Assembly (NCBI GenBank): GCA_000002445.1
Contig: CP000068.1
Location: 1,248,001-1,312,000, forward strand
Source: Trypanosoma brucei
Lineage: Eukaryota
DNA: 64,000 bases
Direction: 5' to 3'
Made by a program: the position numbers and the translations under genes. This document shows, one piece after another, positions 55,263 to 64,000 of the stretch. Positions within the stretch are counted from its first letter, which is position 1. Every line of letters begins with the position of its first letter. Below the pieces are notes generated by a model that ran no database searches, was not told where the DNA came from, and worked only from the letters and a program-made list of their open reading frames with translations.

Positions 55263-57173
55263 TTAAATGCGCTTAAGACGCGGTATCATACCTGGAACGC
55301 TTTTCGACAGCGTGCGAGGTGATACCGGTCCTTTCGTTTCCTTCATCTCGTGCCGGTGGGGCTTTTTAATCGCCATGCGCATTTTACCATTGGCCACTAA
55401 TATACAACCTGCACCATTCTGGTGGCCGGCATAGTCAGACGTGGAAAATATCGTCACAACGCGAGCATTATCTGACAGCCGAACACCATCCGCCTTTTCT
55501 TGATGCGCACGAAATATGTATTGGTAGTTGTAGCGCTCACAAAACATATCAACTGCACGAGAACCGAAGGTTTTGATATCAGGTCCGCGTGGGTTTGGCC
55601 CGAAGCCATATTTATCAAGTTGATGGTTTGGCGGTGCGGGATCGGACCACAACAAGTCATTCACCATCATACGCTGTGCCACATTTGTGGGATCAGTACA
55701 TTGAACCACCGGAATACGAGGGAAAGAAGGATCAGAAAGAATCTCAAGTCGTTTGTCCTCACCCCCGGAATACTGCGGCAAGCCGCCGTGAACGCAGAAT
55801 ATCTTCTTATCAATATCAGCTATAACGGGGAGGAACTGAAATACCTCATTCACTGCAACCCACACATCAATACCACGATCCCTTCCAAACTTGTCGAGGC
55901 ATTGATATTTGAATGAGCTGTAACCATACACATCCATATCACCATTTACCTCAGGGGATTCATGGTTACCACGCAGTAGAGTAACCTTAGATGGGCTAAT
56001 AACTTTGAGTGCAAAGAGGTACATGACACACTCAACCGAGAAGGCACCACGATCTACATAGTCGCCAAGGAACAAAAGATGCGAAGTGGTATACTTGAGC
56101 ATAATATCATCAAAAGCCACCACTTTATCCAAGAAATAGGCCATATCAGCGAAGTTGCCATGGATGTCACCGAACACTGTTACGGGCGACTTGAGACGGA
56201 TGAATAAAGGTTCCTTCGCCACCACCTCGCGACATTGGCTACAAACGGAAATAACAAGTTTGCAGAACTCCGTGAGATTATCGTAGGAAAATGAAGTGTT
56301 TTGCGCATTGGATGAGCGCCGTATCATCTCGATAAGTCGGGCCGCATCCACTGGTGGTTGTGTTGGCGAATTTATGTAATTCCGTACATCCTGAAGCTGC
56401 AGCATCGTGCTATGACTCGCTACCGCCTCATCAAACGCGCGAGACTTCGGTCCGGTTATCGCGGAAATCCCTGCCCGCGGGGTGTCAGGTTCCGTCATTC
56501 CCTTTTGACCGACCGCATTCTGTAGCAAATCAACAATTGTAACAGTCATTGGAAAGGTTGAAAACTCATCATCACACAAAAGCACATTTTGTGAGAAGAC
56601 ATATTTATCAGGTAGGCCCGTGACAGCCTGAGCGGGTTGTGCTTCCTGTTGCCTCCGGTCGTCACGGCGTCTGCCGTGGAAAGCCGGCTCCGTTAAGATG
56701 ATGGTCTCCATCATGCGCAGCCGCTCCTCCATTTTATGCACTGTGTTAGAAATATTAGACAGCAACTCTGGTGGTACCTTCGATATAAAAGCGCTAAACT
56801 CTCCTGCAGTCAGTTTTGCGTTGCTGATGCAGTCGTAGTTTGTATTGCTACGTCCCGAAAGAATCTCATCTGTTGTTAGCAAATCAAGCTCTACAGACCA
56901 ATCTGTTTTAAGAGTTTTAATGCGTCCCACTTTATATAAAGCTCTGCCATCCGTTGAATCCTCCACGCGGCACCGCACAAAGAAACCAGTGACAAGTGGA
57001 AACAACCTCGAGCGGATTTTGTGATGCCATTCAGACAACTTTTCACGGTTTATGGTTACAGCCTGAACCATTTCTAACGTGACGAGGTTGTCAGCGCGGA
57101 ACGAAAGGCTTCCGGAGGGCGGCGAAAGGTCCGGCGGGGCCTGAGGAGAGGGAGGTACATTAGGTGGATCCAT
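55263..57173 (-). CDS. PPP-family serine/threonine protein phosphatase with ~300-aa N-terminal extension.
   Basis: Catalytic motifs GDIHGNF, GDYVDRG, LRGNHE and HGG in canonical order and spacing. C-terminal SDYAGHQNGAGCILV resembles the PP1/PP2A beta12-13 region. The N-terminal 300 aa have no recognised domain. Confidence 0.8.
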   Translation of the reverse strand: MDPPNVPPSPQAPPDLSPPSGSLSFRADNLVTLEMVQAVTINREKLSEWHHKIRSRLFPLVTGFFVRCRVEDSTDGRALYKVGRIKTLKTDWSVELDLLTTDEILSGRSNTNYDCISNAKLTAGEFSAFISKVPPELLSNISNTVHKMEERLRMMETIILTEPAFHGRRRDDRRQQEAQPAQAVTGLPDKYVFSQNVLLCDDEFSTFPMTVTIVDLLQNAVGQKGMTEPDTPRAGISAITGPKSRAFDEAVASHSTMLQLQDVRNYINSPTQPPVDAARLIEMIRRSSNAQNTSFSYDNLTEFCKLVISVCSQCREVVAKEPLFIRLKSPVTVFGDIHGNFADMAYFLDKVVAFDDIMLKYTTSHLLFLGDYVDRGAFSVECVMYLFALKVISPSKVTLLRGNHESPEVNGDMDVYGYSSFKYQCLDKFGRDRGIDVWVAVNEVFQFLPVIADIDKKIFCVHGGLPQYSGGEDKRLEILSDPSFPRIPVVQCTDPTNVAQRMMVNDLLWSDPAPPNHQLDKYGFGPNPRGPDIKTFGSRAVDMFCERYNYQYIFRAHQEKADGVRLSDNARVVTIFSTSDYAGHQNGAGCILVANGKMRMAIKKPHRHEMKETKGPVSPRTLSKSVPGMIPRLKRI

Positions 57174-58332
57174 AGGTCAGTGTTTTCCAACACGTAATTT
57201 GCTACAAAAAGAAAAAAGAAAAAAGTCAGAACGCTTCCCCTTTGATGGTGCTTTGCTTTACCCTATACACCTGCTCTTTGTGTGTCTGCGTGTGTGCGTC
57301 TGTATTATTTTGTTCTTTGCCACTCTATCCTTCTTCCTTTTTTTAAGAAAAAATTTTCTTTTCCTCCCCTTCCTCCCCTCTCTTCTATGTACACCTCGCT
57401 CTTAGTTCTCTCAAAAATGTTTCAGTGTATACGTTGTGCGATTCAACACCGCACACAAGTCTCTGACGGAAAGGTGACTGATAAGGTGAAATATTAAAGT
57501 ATAGGAGAAAAAGAAAAGAGGATAACAAAGGGCGAAGGTTTTTTTTCAAAAAAAAAAAACATTCAAACATGAAACACACACGTGTTACTAAGAAAGTTCT
57601 GAGTTTCACCTAACATATCGTTTTCAGCTGAGGATATTCCACACCACCTTAAAAAGTGGCACGATCAAATTTGCATGGAGGTAAGACGGAAAAGCAGAGA
57701 AGACGAAGAGGAAGGCATTTTAAATCCTCTCCTCCTTAACAACAAGTGGGATAATGGTCACAGCAAAAATACCAGCATCACCCGTGGCTACGCCTCTAAC
57801 AAAGTGTGCCGAATCGGAAGGGAGAAAATAAAAAGAAGAGTAAAACACATTTCTCTCCCGTTCGCACTGTACGTTTCACCCGCTTTTTAGTTCTTACGCC
57901 CCTCCTTTCCTTCTCCCATGTAGCGCGAGAGAACTCACTTGTTGCCGCCTCACTGCACGAGCCCCAAATGTGGGAATGTCATAACCGTCCACTTAATAAA
58001 AGCATGCACACATATGCAGGGTAGAAACCCCATGGCGCTAACCTCATCCTCCGCCCACAGATACATAAATGGAACACGAGGTAGTTTCCGTCATATCATC
58101 TACATTCACATCAGAGAGAAGGAGAGAATAAAATGCAACTCCGCTCGGCCATGTTTTGATTCATGCCACCGCCTTTTTTTTTGTTTTGCCGCCCTCACAC
58201 TTCTTCTGGATGCATCATCTTTATTCAGGCACATAAAGCGATCCCCACCAAATGAACATAGGGCGCTACAAGGCATAAATTACGCCCCATACGCTAACGC
58301 CCTTGTTATTCTCCAATGCAGATATGTATATT

Positions 58333-58761
58333 CTACTCTCTGGAGGTAATCATTCGGTTGGAGAGGTCCTCGCCCATAACCGTAAGCCTAGCAAGCGACT
58401 CACGTGCCAATTCAGTGAGTTCACCATCATTCTGTGCTGCTTTATCAAGAACCCTGCATGTCAGCGCAAGTGTCTTCTCCACCTCAAGGCAGATACGCGC
58501 CCTTTCATTCATAATGTCTGCCATCAGTTGCTTCCCACCATCGGCTTCATGATTGGGCTCCGGTTCCTGTTCAACCGCCATAAGAGTGCCGCGAATATGA
58601 TATGGGTTGGATAAATATGGAAGTGGCGATCCAAGGTATTCAGGAATCGGATGCACAGGTGGCTGGAATGACGCAAGTTCTTCTCTCTGCCCCGCCAGCA
58701 AGCGCTTCAGGTTGGGCTTCTTTATAACAACTCCAGACATTCTCGAAACACTGCGCTTCAA
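58333..58761 (-). CDS. Small hypothetical protein (142 aa).
   Basis: Compact minus-strand ORF with protein-like composition and a predicted helical C-terminus (LMADIMNERARICLEVEKTLALTCRVLDKAAQNDGELTELARESLARL). A purine-rich + strand tract lies upstream. Confidence 0.4.
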   Translation of the reverse strand: MKRSVSRMSGVVIKKPNLKRLLAGQREELASFQPPVHPIPEYLGSPLPYLSNPYHIRGTLMAVEQEPEPNHEADGGKQLMADIMNERARICLEVEKTLALTCRVLDKAAQNDGELTELARESLARLTVMGEDLSNRMITSRE

Positions 58762-59195
58762 CGCTGGTAAATGAGGTGATGGAACACCGCTAGAGGTAAC
58801 AGGAGAAAGGGAAGGGGAAAGTTGGTAGGAAGCTCATGCGTATTCGTAAACGACAAAGCAAGAAAGGAGAATGACGACAAGGTAAAACTATGCTGTTGTT
58901 GTTACGGTTGTAGTTTTTGAATTGTTCACATCTTTAGCATATACAAACGGACGGCTCTGAATACTTGTGCTTTGTCTCGCAAGTATGCTACGTTCGATGT
59001 CTACACGGCAACACATGCAACCGTATACATCCAACCCTTGCGAAGGGTGCTTCCTCGTTTCTTTCACACATCATGCGAATATAAAACACCTATCTCCCAC
59101 CTATCTACATGAATATTTTGGCGAATGTACACTTACCGTTGTGATACCGCATGTCAACTGAGATCGGGCTCGACTACGCAAGCGCAACCAAACAT

Positions 59196-60494
59196 CTAAG
59201 TGCTTGCAGCCTTCTTTCCCCTTTTCTTGCCTTTTCTGCTTTTTGCTCTCTCAGCCTCGGCGTCGAGGGTAAGCTGCATGTGCTCAGTAATGCGTTGCAC
59301 AGTACCCTCATAAGTATCCTCTTGCATTTCGCCCACATCGATACTGAGGCCATCAGCATCGCTTGCAGCAAATGCAAGAGTCCGACGCATATCACTAGAT
59401 TCAATTGAGTTGGTGAAGTCCAGCTGTTTGAGCACCTTTGCCTTCTCAACCAGCTTCATTGTTAGTTCTACAGTTTCGGCACCAAAGGAGTTGCCTGAAC
59501 AGTTTACGGCAACCAACGAATTATTGGTCATAAGCGCCTTGACAATGGCAACACCCCCAATATCAGTTAGGTCATTATCAGAAGCGCTAAGCCGCTCTAA
59601 AGTTGGTAAATCGGCATCAATCAGTAAAGCAAGTTCTTCAGCTCCGCTGTCACCAAGCATGCAATTTGAGAGATTAAGCGACCTCAGGCGATTTGGCGCG
59701 CTGGTCAAGTGATGACGGATCTCCTGCATGCCTCGCAACCCAAGAGTGTTGCTATGCAAACTTACGTCGAGAATATATTCATTATTTTCGATTAAGCGCC
59801 CAACGGCTTTGGCACCTCTATAACGAACGTCATTTCGTAACAGATTGAGGGAAGAAGTGCCCTTTCCGGAGTATCTTTTTAGGGCTTCGCAGAGGTGCTC
59901 TGTCCCCTCATCCCCGATCTGATTCCCTATCAAAATGTACGTACAGTTCGGGTTTCGTTGCATCGATCGCCCGAGGCACTTTGTTCCCAGCGGCCCAATT
60001 TTGTTCCAACTGAGATCAACACGCATGAGGTCCCGGTGACATGCCGCTGCTTTGCTGATTGCAAGTAAAGTGGCATCACCCATCTCATTCCCACTCAAAA
60101 CAAGTGTAAACAGCGTGCGGTTCCACAAACCCGCCTGCCCGTTAGGACTTACATTGGGAATGAAAGCACTCGCCAGAGCGATACCACCCACATCTGTTAC
60201 TTTATTTTGTGCTAAGTTCAGGTGTTGAATGGTATCGTTGCGTCGCAGAAGTTCCGCCAGTGTAATTGCGCCCGCGTCACCAATATCGTTATGCGCTAAC
60301 TCCAACTTCACAACGTGTCTGTTCTTCATGAGCGCATTACCAATGATTTGCATACCCCGAGGTATGAGCTTCTTTCCCTGTAGCTCCAAAACATTGGAAA
60401 GGAAAACCATACGCCACTTCTTCCTCGAGTAAAAATTTGTTGTCGGGTCTTTGTTCGTCCCGGGTGGTGGGATCTTCTCCTTCCTCCGTCCCAT
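59196..60494 (-). CDS. Leucine-rich repeat protein, ribonuclease-inhibitor (RNI)-like LRRs.
   Basis: Repeated ~28-aa units of the form L..L.L..N.IGD.GA..LA..L..N (e.g. LELAHNDIGDAGAITLAELLRRNDTIQHLNLAQNKVTDVGGIALASAF) across most of the 432 aa. Basic C-terminal tail. Confidence 0.7.
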   Translation of the reverse strand: MGRRKEKIPPPGTNKDPTTNFYSRKKWRMVFLSNVLELQGKKLIPRGMQIIGNALMKNRHVVKLELAHNDIGDAGAITLAELLRRNDTIQHLNLAQNKVTDVGGIALASAFIPNVSPNGQAGLWNRTLFTLVLSGNEMGDATLLAISKAAACHRDLMRVDLSWNKIGPLGTKCLGRSMQRNPNCTYILIGNQIGDEGTEHLCEALKRYSGKGTSSLNLLRNDVRYRGAKAVGRLIENNEYILDVSLHSNTLGLRGMQEIRHHLTSAPNRLRSLNLSNCMLGDSGAEELALLIDADLPTLERLSASDNDLTDIGGVAIVKALMTNNSLVAVNCSGNSFGAETVELTMKLVEKAKVLKQLDFTNSIESSDMRRTLAFAASDADGLSIDVGEMQEDTYEGTVQRITEHMQLTLDAEAERAKSRKGKKRGKKAAST

Positions 60495-60832
60495 GGCTTC
60501 AGCACCTCAATCAATCGTGAAAAGTTCACCAGTATACACTAGCTGGAGGAGGAGCCGAATACCAAATATATATGGCTAAATGTTTTGTGCTTATATATCT
60601 ATTACCTTTTTTTTTGTTTACAAGCCAGAGGTGCAGAAGCAAAAAAGGAGCAATCAATGATAATACGCGATTTCTAAAAAAAAAAAACGGTAGCCGATGC
60701 AGTAATGTCCAACAGCGAAGACTTTAAAACCTTAAGAGTAGTAGAAAGGGAAACAACAACAGAAATGCACCACACCGAACGAGACTGCAACAGCGGCTTT
60801 AAAAAAAAAAATTGAAATCCACCAATGAGGCA

Positions 60833-61489
60833 CTACCAGTACCTATCCACTTTCTTTGGTTGGCGGAGGGCTGCTAAAAAGGCTTCTTTGCTCGCCATTT
60901 GCTTCTTTTCTTGCGCCTTTTCGGCCGTCGTGTGACGCTCCCCCTCCTCCACATCCTTCCCTGCCTTGCGCGACTGCGAAAGGGAATTAAACAGACAAAC
61001 AACACCGGCCGTGGCAACCGAGCGCAGGCGGTATTCGTAATCATGTGCGCTCTGATGCGGCAGCAAACGATTGTGGTTCTGGTTTTTTACAGCTCGACGA
61101 AGTAATTTAAGCCCCATCGCCTCCGTAGAAGTCCGTCCCCCCGATACCTCCGTCGTTGGTACAACTTTCTCAGTCGTCTTCCCTACAATCTCAATGGCAC
61201 CTTTGCCAATTGGTTTCTTCAGTGTCTGAGCACGAAGCGATGGCGAACAAGAGGGTGCTTTCGGTTTGTTTGGCTTCAAATTCGCTGCCACTGTGCCCTG
61301 GTCAGCGGCTGTCAAAGAGGATGATGCCGCACCAGTCAACTCAGCTACGCGTTGCACCAACGCTTCCTCTGAAAGTTTGGGTGCCCGCTTCACCAAAGCA
61401 ACCGTGCGCTTGCCTTTCGCTTTTTTGGAGGCCCTATTTTTTTTGGGCTTAGACACCTTACCAACTGCACCACGGAAACGGCCTGCCAT
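60833..61489 (-). CDS. RRP15-like nucleolar pre-rRNA processing protein (tentative).
   Basis: Basic Lys/Ala-rich 218-aa ORF. Segment VATAGVVCLFNSLSQSRK resembles the Rrp15 signature (..GVV.LFNAV...). Otherwise low complexity. Confidence 0.4.
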   Translation of the reverse strand: MAGRFRGAVGKVSKPKKNRASKKAKGKRTVALVKRAPKLSEEALVQRVAELTGAASSSLTAADQGTVAANLKPNKPKAPSCSPSLRAQTLKKPIGKGAIEIVGKTTEKVVPTTEVSGGRTSTEAMGLKLLRRAVKNQNHNRLLPHQSAHDYEYRLRSVATAGVVCLFNSLSQSRKAGKDVEEGERHTTAEKAQEKKQMASKEAFLAALRQPKKVDRYW

Positions 61490-61992
61490 GATTTGCCGCT
61501 AAATGCTAACTTTTTGCTGGGATGCAGCCACAGGGACATACATCAGACAGTCCACCAGAAGAGAGAAAGAGAAGCATTATGGGAGAAATGAATAGGAGCC
61601 GCACGGCACAGCAAAAGAAGCGCATTTCGCACACTTATAGAGTTAAGAGTGCAACTTCACTGGGCATCGTGGATAAGCTTAACAGTGGTAACAGACGTAA
61701 AATAGTGCCCCTATCCAAAAATAAAAGAAAGAACTTAATTACTCTTAACGAACAACAGTTAATAAACTGCAGTAGCCCAGTCGTTTAAACAAAGAAACAG
61801 AAACAGTGTCAGAAGGGGGGTCCTTATACCTGTCATAATGGTTTTCCCCTTTTTCCTTTCCTTCACTTTGTCCCTGAGTATCACACGCTTATTTGCGTCA
61901 GATATAACCCCTGGTATGCATACTGCCGCTGGTCGATGATAAGTTCACACAACGACACATTTCCCACACACACTCGGTGGTAGGTTAGGCTC

Positions 61993-63891
61993 CTAATAAC
62001 GCCTTTGAGTCGACCGGTAGCCGGAACCCCAACTCCTTCCACCGCCACCACCGCCGCCGCCACCATTACGGTTGTATTGATTATATCCGCCGCCCCGTGG
62101 CCCGCCACGGTACCCGCCACCACCACCACCTCCACCACGGTTTCCGCGACTACCGCTGTTCAGCTCTCGGGCAATAATTGGAGGAAGCGTTTCGATGACG
62201 CTCAATTCCATGCCTTGCACTGGAGTGTTTAGTATGCGGTCCACTACATCCTCAGGCACGTCAAATACACAACCCGGAGCGTCCTGCAGGAGTGTTATAT
62301 CGCGGCAACGCATAAACAATTCGTCCCCGAGGTTGTTGCGCAATATGCTGCAAAACACATGCGTAGGTAAACTCCGCTGACCCAACATCTGCACTGTTGC
62401 GGAGCCCCTTGCCCCGCTGATGAGGCCACGCTTTGTGATACTGCTGGTATATCCACTCATGACGGCAATAGCTGAAGCAAGAATCTCGGTTGGGTCAGCA
62501 TCCTTAAGAAGTTCTGCAGCCTGATCCATAAAAAGATTTGTCGCGCTTCGCTCCACGCGTGCCATGTCTTCCGCAGCATCGCGCGCCACTGCCTTAAGAA
62601 TCTCCTCCCGCGTCGGCGCGGGTAAAACCTCGAACTTAATTTTGGCGTGGCGCTCAATGCGCTCCACAACATATTCATCCTTCGGCTGGTGAAGGAGCAC
62701 ACAGACACCTTTGCGGCCAGCACGTCCTGTCCTGCCAGCGCGGTGAATAAAGGCATCAATGTCTGTAGGCGGTGCGCACTGAATGACAAGGTCCACCATG
62801 GGGAGATCCAAGCCACGGGCAGCCACATCAGTGGCTATCAGAACGCTAAACTTGTTGTCACGGAAGCTTTTCATCGTGCTCTCCCGCTGCTCTTGTTGCA
62901 TATCACCGTGAAGGCACTGAGAATCCAACTTTGTATTGTTGATGGAAAGGTCATGGCAGTCCTTCTTGGTGTTGGTAAAAATGAGTGTCCGGCCATGCCG
63001 CCCACTGTACACCTTCACTAAGTCTGCCAACATGCTGGAAACCTCAGCAAAGCCACACTTACGGCGATAGAATCGGATGGTGTTTGCCGCACGCATTGCG
63101 CCTTGCCCGACCATATCAATAAACTTTTTGTTCTTGGAAATGAATGAGCACGTGTGGACCCAGTCTGGGACCGTGGCCGAAAAGAGCAACGTCTGGTGTT
63201 TTGGTTCATCAGGAGTCGAACCGTTCTGTTCTGCGACTCGCTGTAGTAACAGTTCAATATCCTCCTTGAAGCCAATATCCAGCATGTGGTCAGCCTCGTC
63301 CAAACAAACCATCTTCACACGCTCAAAGTGCAGCGTACCTTTCTCGAGGAAATCCTTTGCACGACCGGGTGTGGCCACAACAATGTCAACGCCGCTGAAC
63401 AGCACACGCTCCTGGGTACTGTAGGCAACACCACCATAAAGTGCAGCAACCACGAGGTCCCCGCTAACACCTGCGAGCACGTCACGCACTTGAATGGCAA
63501 GTTCACGAGTCGGGCAAAATATTACCGCCGCAGGACCGCGCCCACGCGCCAGCGGTCCCTCCTTCTTGTTCAGTTTCTCAACGATGGGAATACCGAAAGC
63601 AAGTGTTTTGCCACTTCCTGTACGCGCCTGCACAAGGACATCTTCACCACGCATAATAGCTTCGAATGTTAGTGCCTGCACGGGAAACAGCGAAACAATA
63701 CCTTGAGCCTCCAGTGCCTTCACCATCCCGCTGGAAAGATTAAACTCAGAGAACGGCCGACCCACCGCGGCAGAGCCGTTGTTGGGCTCCTGATCAGTCT
63801 CTTCATTCCCAGTCATCTCTTCGCGGGAGCGTTTCGTTTTGGTGACGTGCCCTTCATGCCTGTGAGTCCCTTCCTCAGCTCTGGAAGACAT
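61993..63891 (-). CDS. DEAD-box RNA helicase, DDX21/Gu-like (nucleolar RNA helicase II type) with GUCT-like domain and Gly/Arg-rich C-terminal tail.
   Basis: Q-motif (FPVQALTFEAI), motif I QARTGSGKT, DEAD in VCLDEADHMLDIGF, SAT, HRAGRTGRAGRKG. A post-helicase domain is followed by GNRGGGGGGGGYRGGPRGGGYNQYNRNGGGGGGGGGRSWGSGYR. From recall, a nucleolar RNA helicase II is annotated near the T. brucei chr5 H4 locus. Confidence 0.85.
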   Translation of the reverse strand: MSSRAEEGTHRHEGHVTKTKRSREEMTGNEETDQEPNNGSAAVGRPFSEFNLSSGMVKALEAQGIVSLFPVQALTFEAIMRGEDVLVQARTGSGKTLAFGIPIVEKLNKKEGPLARGRGPAAVIFCPTRELAIQVRDVLAGVSGDLVVAALYGGVAYSTQERVLFSGVDIVVATPGRAKDFLEKGTLHFERVKMVCLDEADHMLDIGFKEDIELLLQRVAEQNGSTPDEPKHQTLLFSATVPDWVHTCSFISKNKKFIDMVGQGAMRAANTIRFYRRKCGFAEVSSMLADLVKVYSGRHGRTLIFTNTKKDCHDLSINNTKLDSQCLHGDMQQEQRESTMKSFRDNKFSVLIATDVAARGLDLPMVDLVIQCAPPTDIDAFIHRAGRTGRAGRKGVCVLLHQPKDEYVVERIERHAKIKFEVLPAPTREEILKAVARDAAEDMARVERSATNLFMDQAAELLKDADPTEILASAIAVMSGYTSSITKRGLISGARGSATVQMLGQRSLPTHVFCSILRNNLGDELFMRCRDITLLQDAPGCVFDVPEDVVDRILNTPVQGMELSVIETLPPIIARELNSGSRGNRGGGGGGGGYRGGPRGGGYNQYNRNGGGGGGGGGRSWGSGYRSTQRRY

Positions 63892-64000
63892 GCTTGTCAG
63901 TGCCTTTTATACCTTAGTTTAGTGTTACTGTTGTTTTGTTTTGTTTTTTAAACCAACTCCTTTTACCACTTTATTCCTAATTCGTCTCCGACGCACCCTC

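Overview
This window reads as nuclear DNA from a kinetoplastid (Trypanosoma brucei-like), not a prokaryote. I see no CRISPR array, no operon-style defence island and no bacterial mobile element. Every protein-coding ORF I can support lies on the minus strand and none shows introns. The whole 64 kb therefore looks like one stretch of a single polycistronic transcription unit read right-to-left. The centrepiece is a head-to-tail tandem array of 10 histone H4 genes with a 736-bp unit, spanning roughly 22.8-30.0 kb. All 10 copies encode the identical trypanosome H4 of 100 aa. From recall, this matches the chromosome-5 H4 locus of T. brucei, which should be confirmed by BLAST.

The flanking genes are ordinary housekeeping and organelle genes. 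To the left of the array, by coordinate, lie a nicastrin-like protein (partial at the window edge), a PrimPol-like primase-polymerase, a LisH/FOP-like protein, a WD40 (AAMP-like) protein, a CEP104-like ciliary-tip protein, a ZIP metal transporter and several hypotheticals. To the right lie two nucleolar-type DEAD-box helicases (DDX10/Dbp4-like and DDX21/Gu-like), a RING E3 ligase, an oligopeptidase-B-like S9 peptidase, the LSG1 circularly-permuted GTPase, a Fip1-like polyadenylation factor with a His16 tract, BCKDH-E2 (DBT), a Nudix hydrolase, a PPP phosphatase, an RNI-like LRR protein and an RRP15-like protein.

Structure beyond the genes:
- Mosaic SNP patterns between H4 repeat units suggest gene conversion.
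- Only about 100 bp separates the upstream helicase stop from the first H4 unit.
- A 3.3-kb ORF-free low-complexity gap (51.9-55.3 kb) shows a sharp purine/pyrimidine strand-composition flip.
- Several codon-repeat tracts and dinucleotide microsatellites are present.

I found no convincing evidence of a novel prokaryotic-type system. The most interesting items are eukaryotic: the organisation of the H4 array, the odd intergenic gap, and the small or unusual ORFs.
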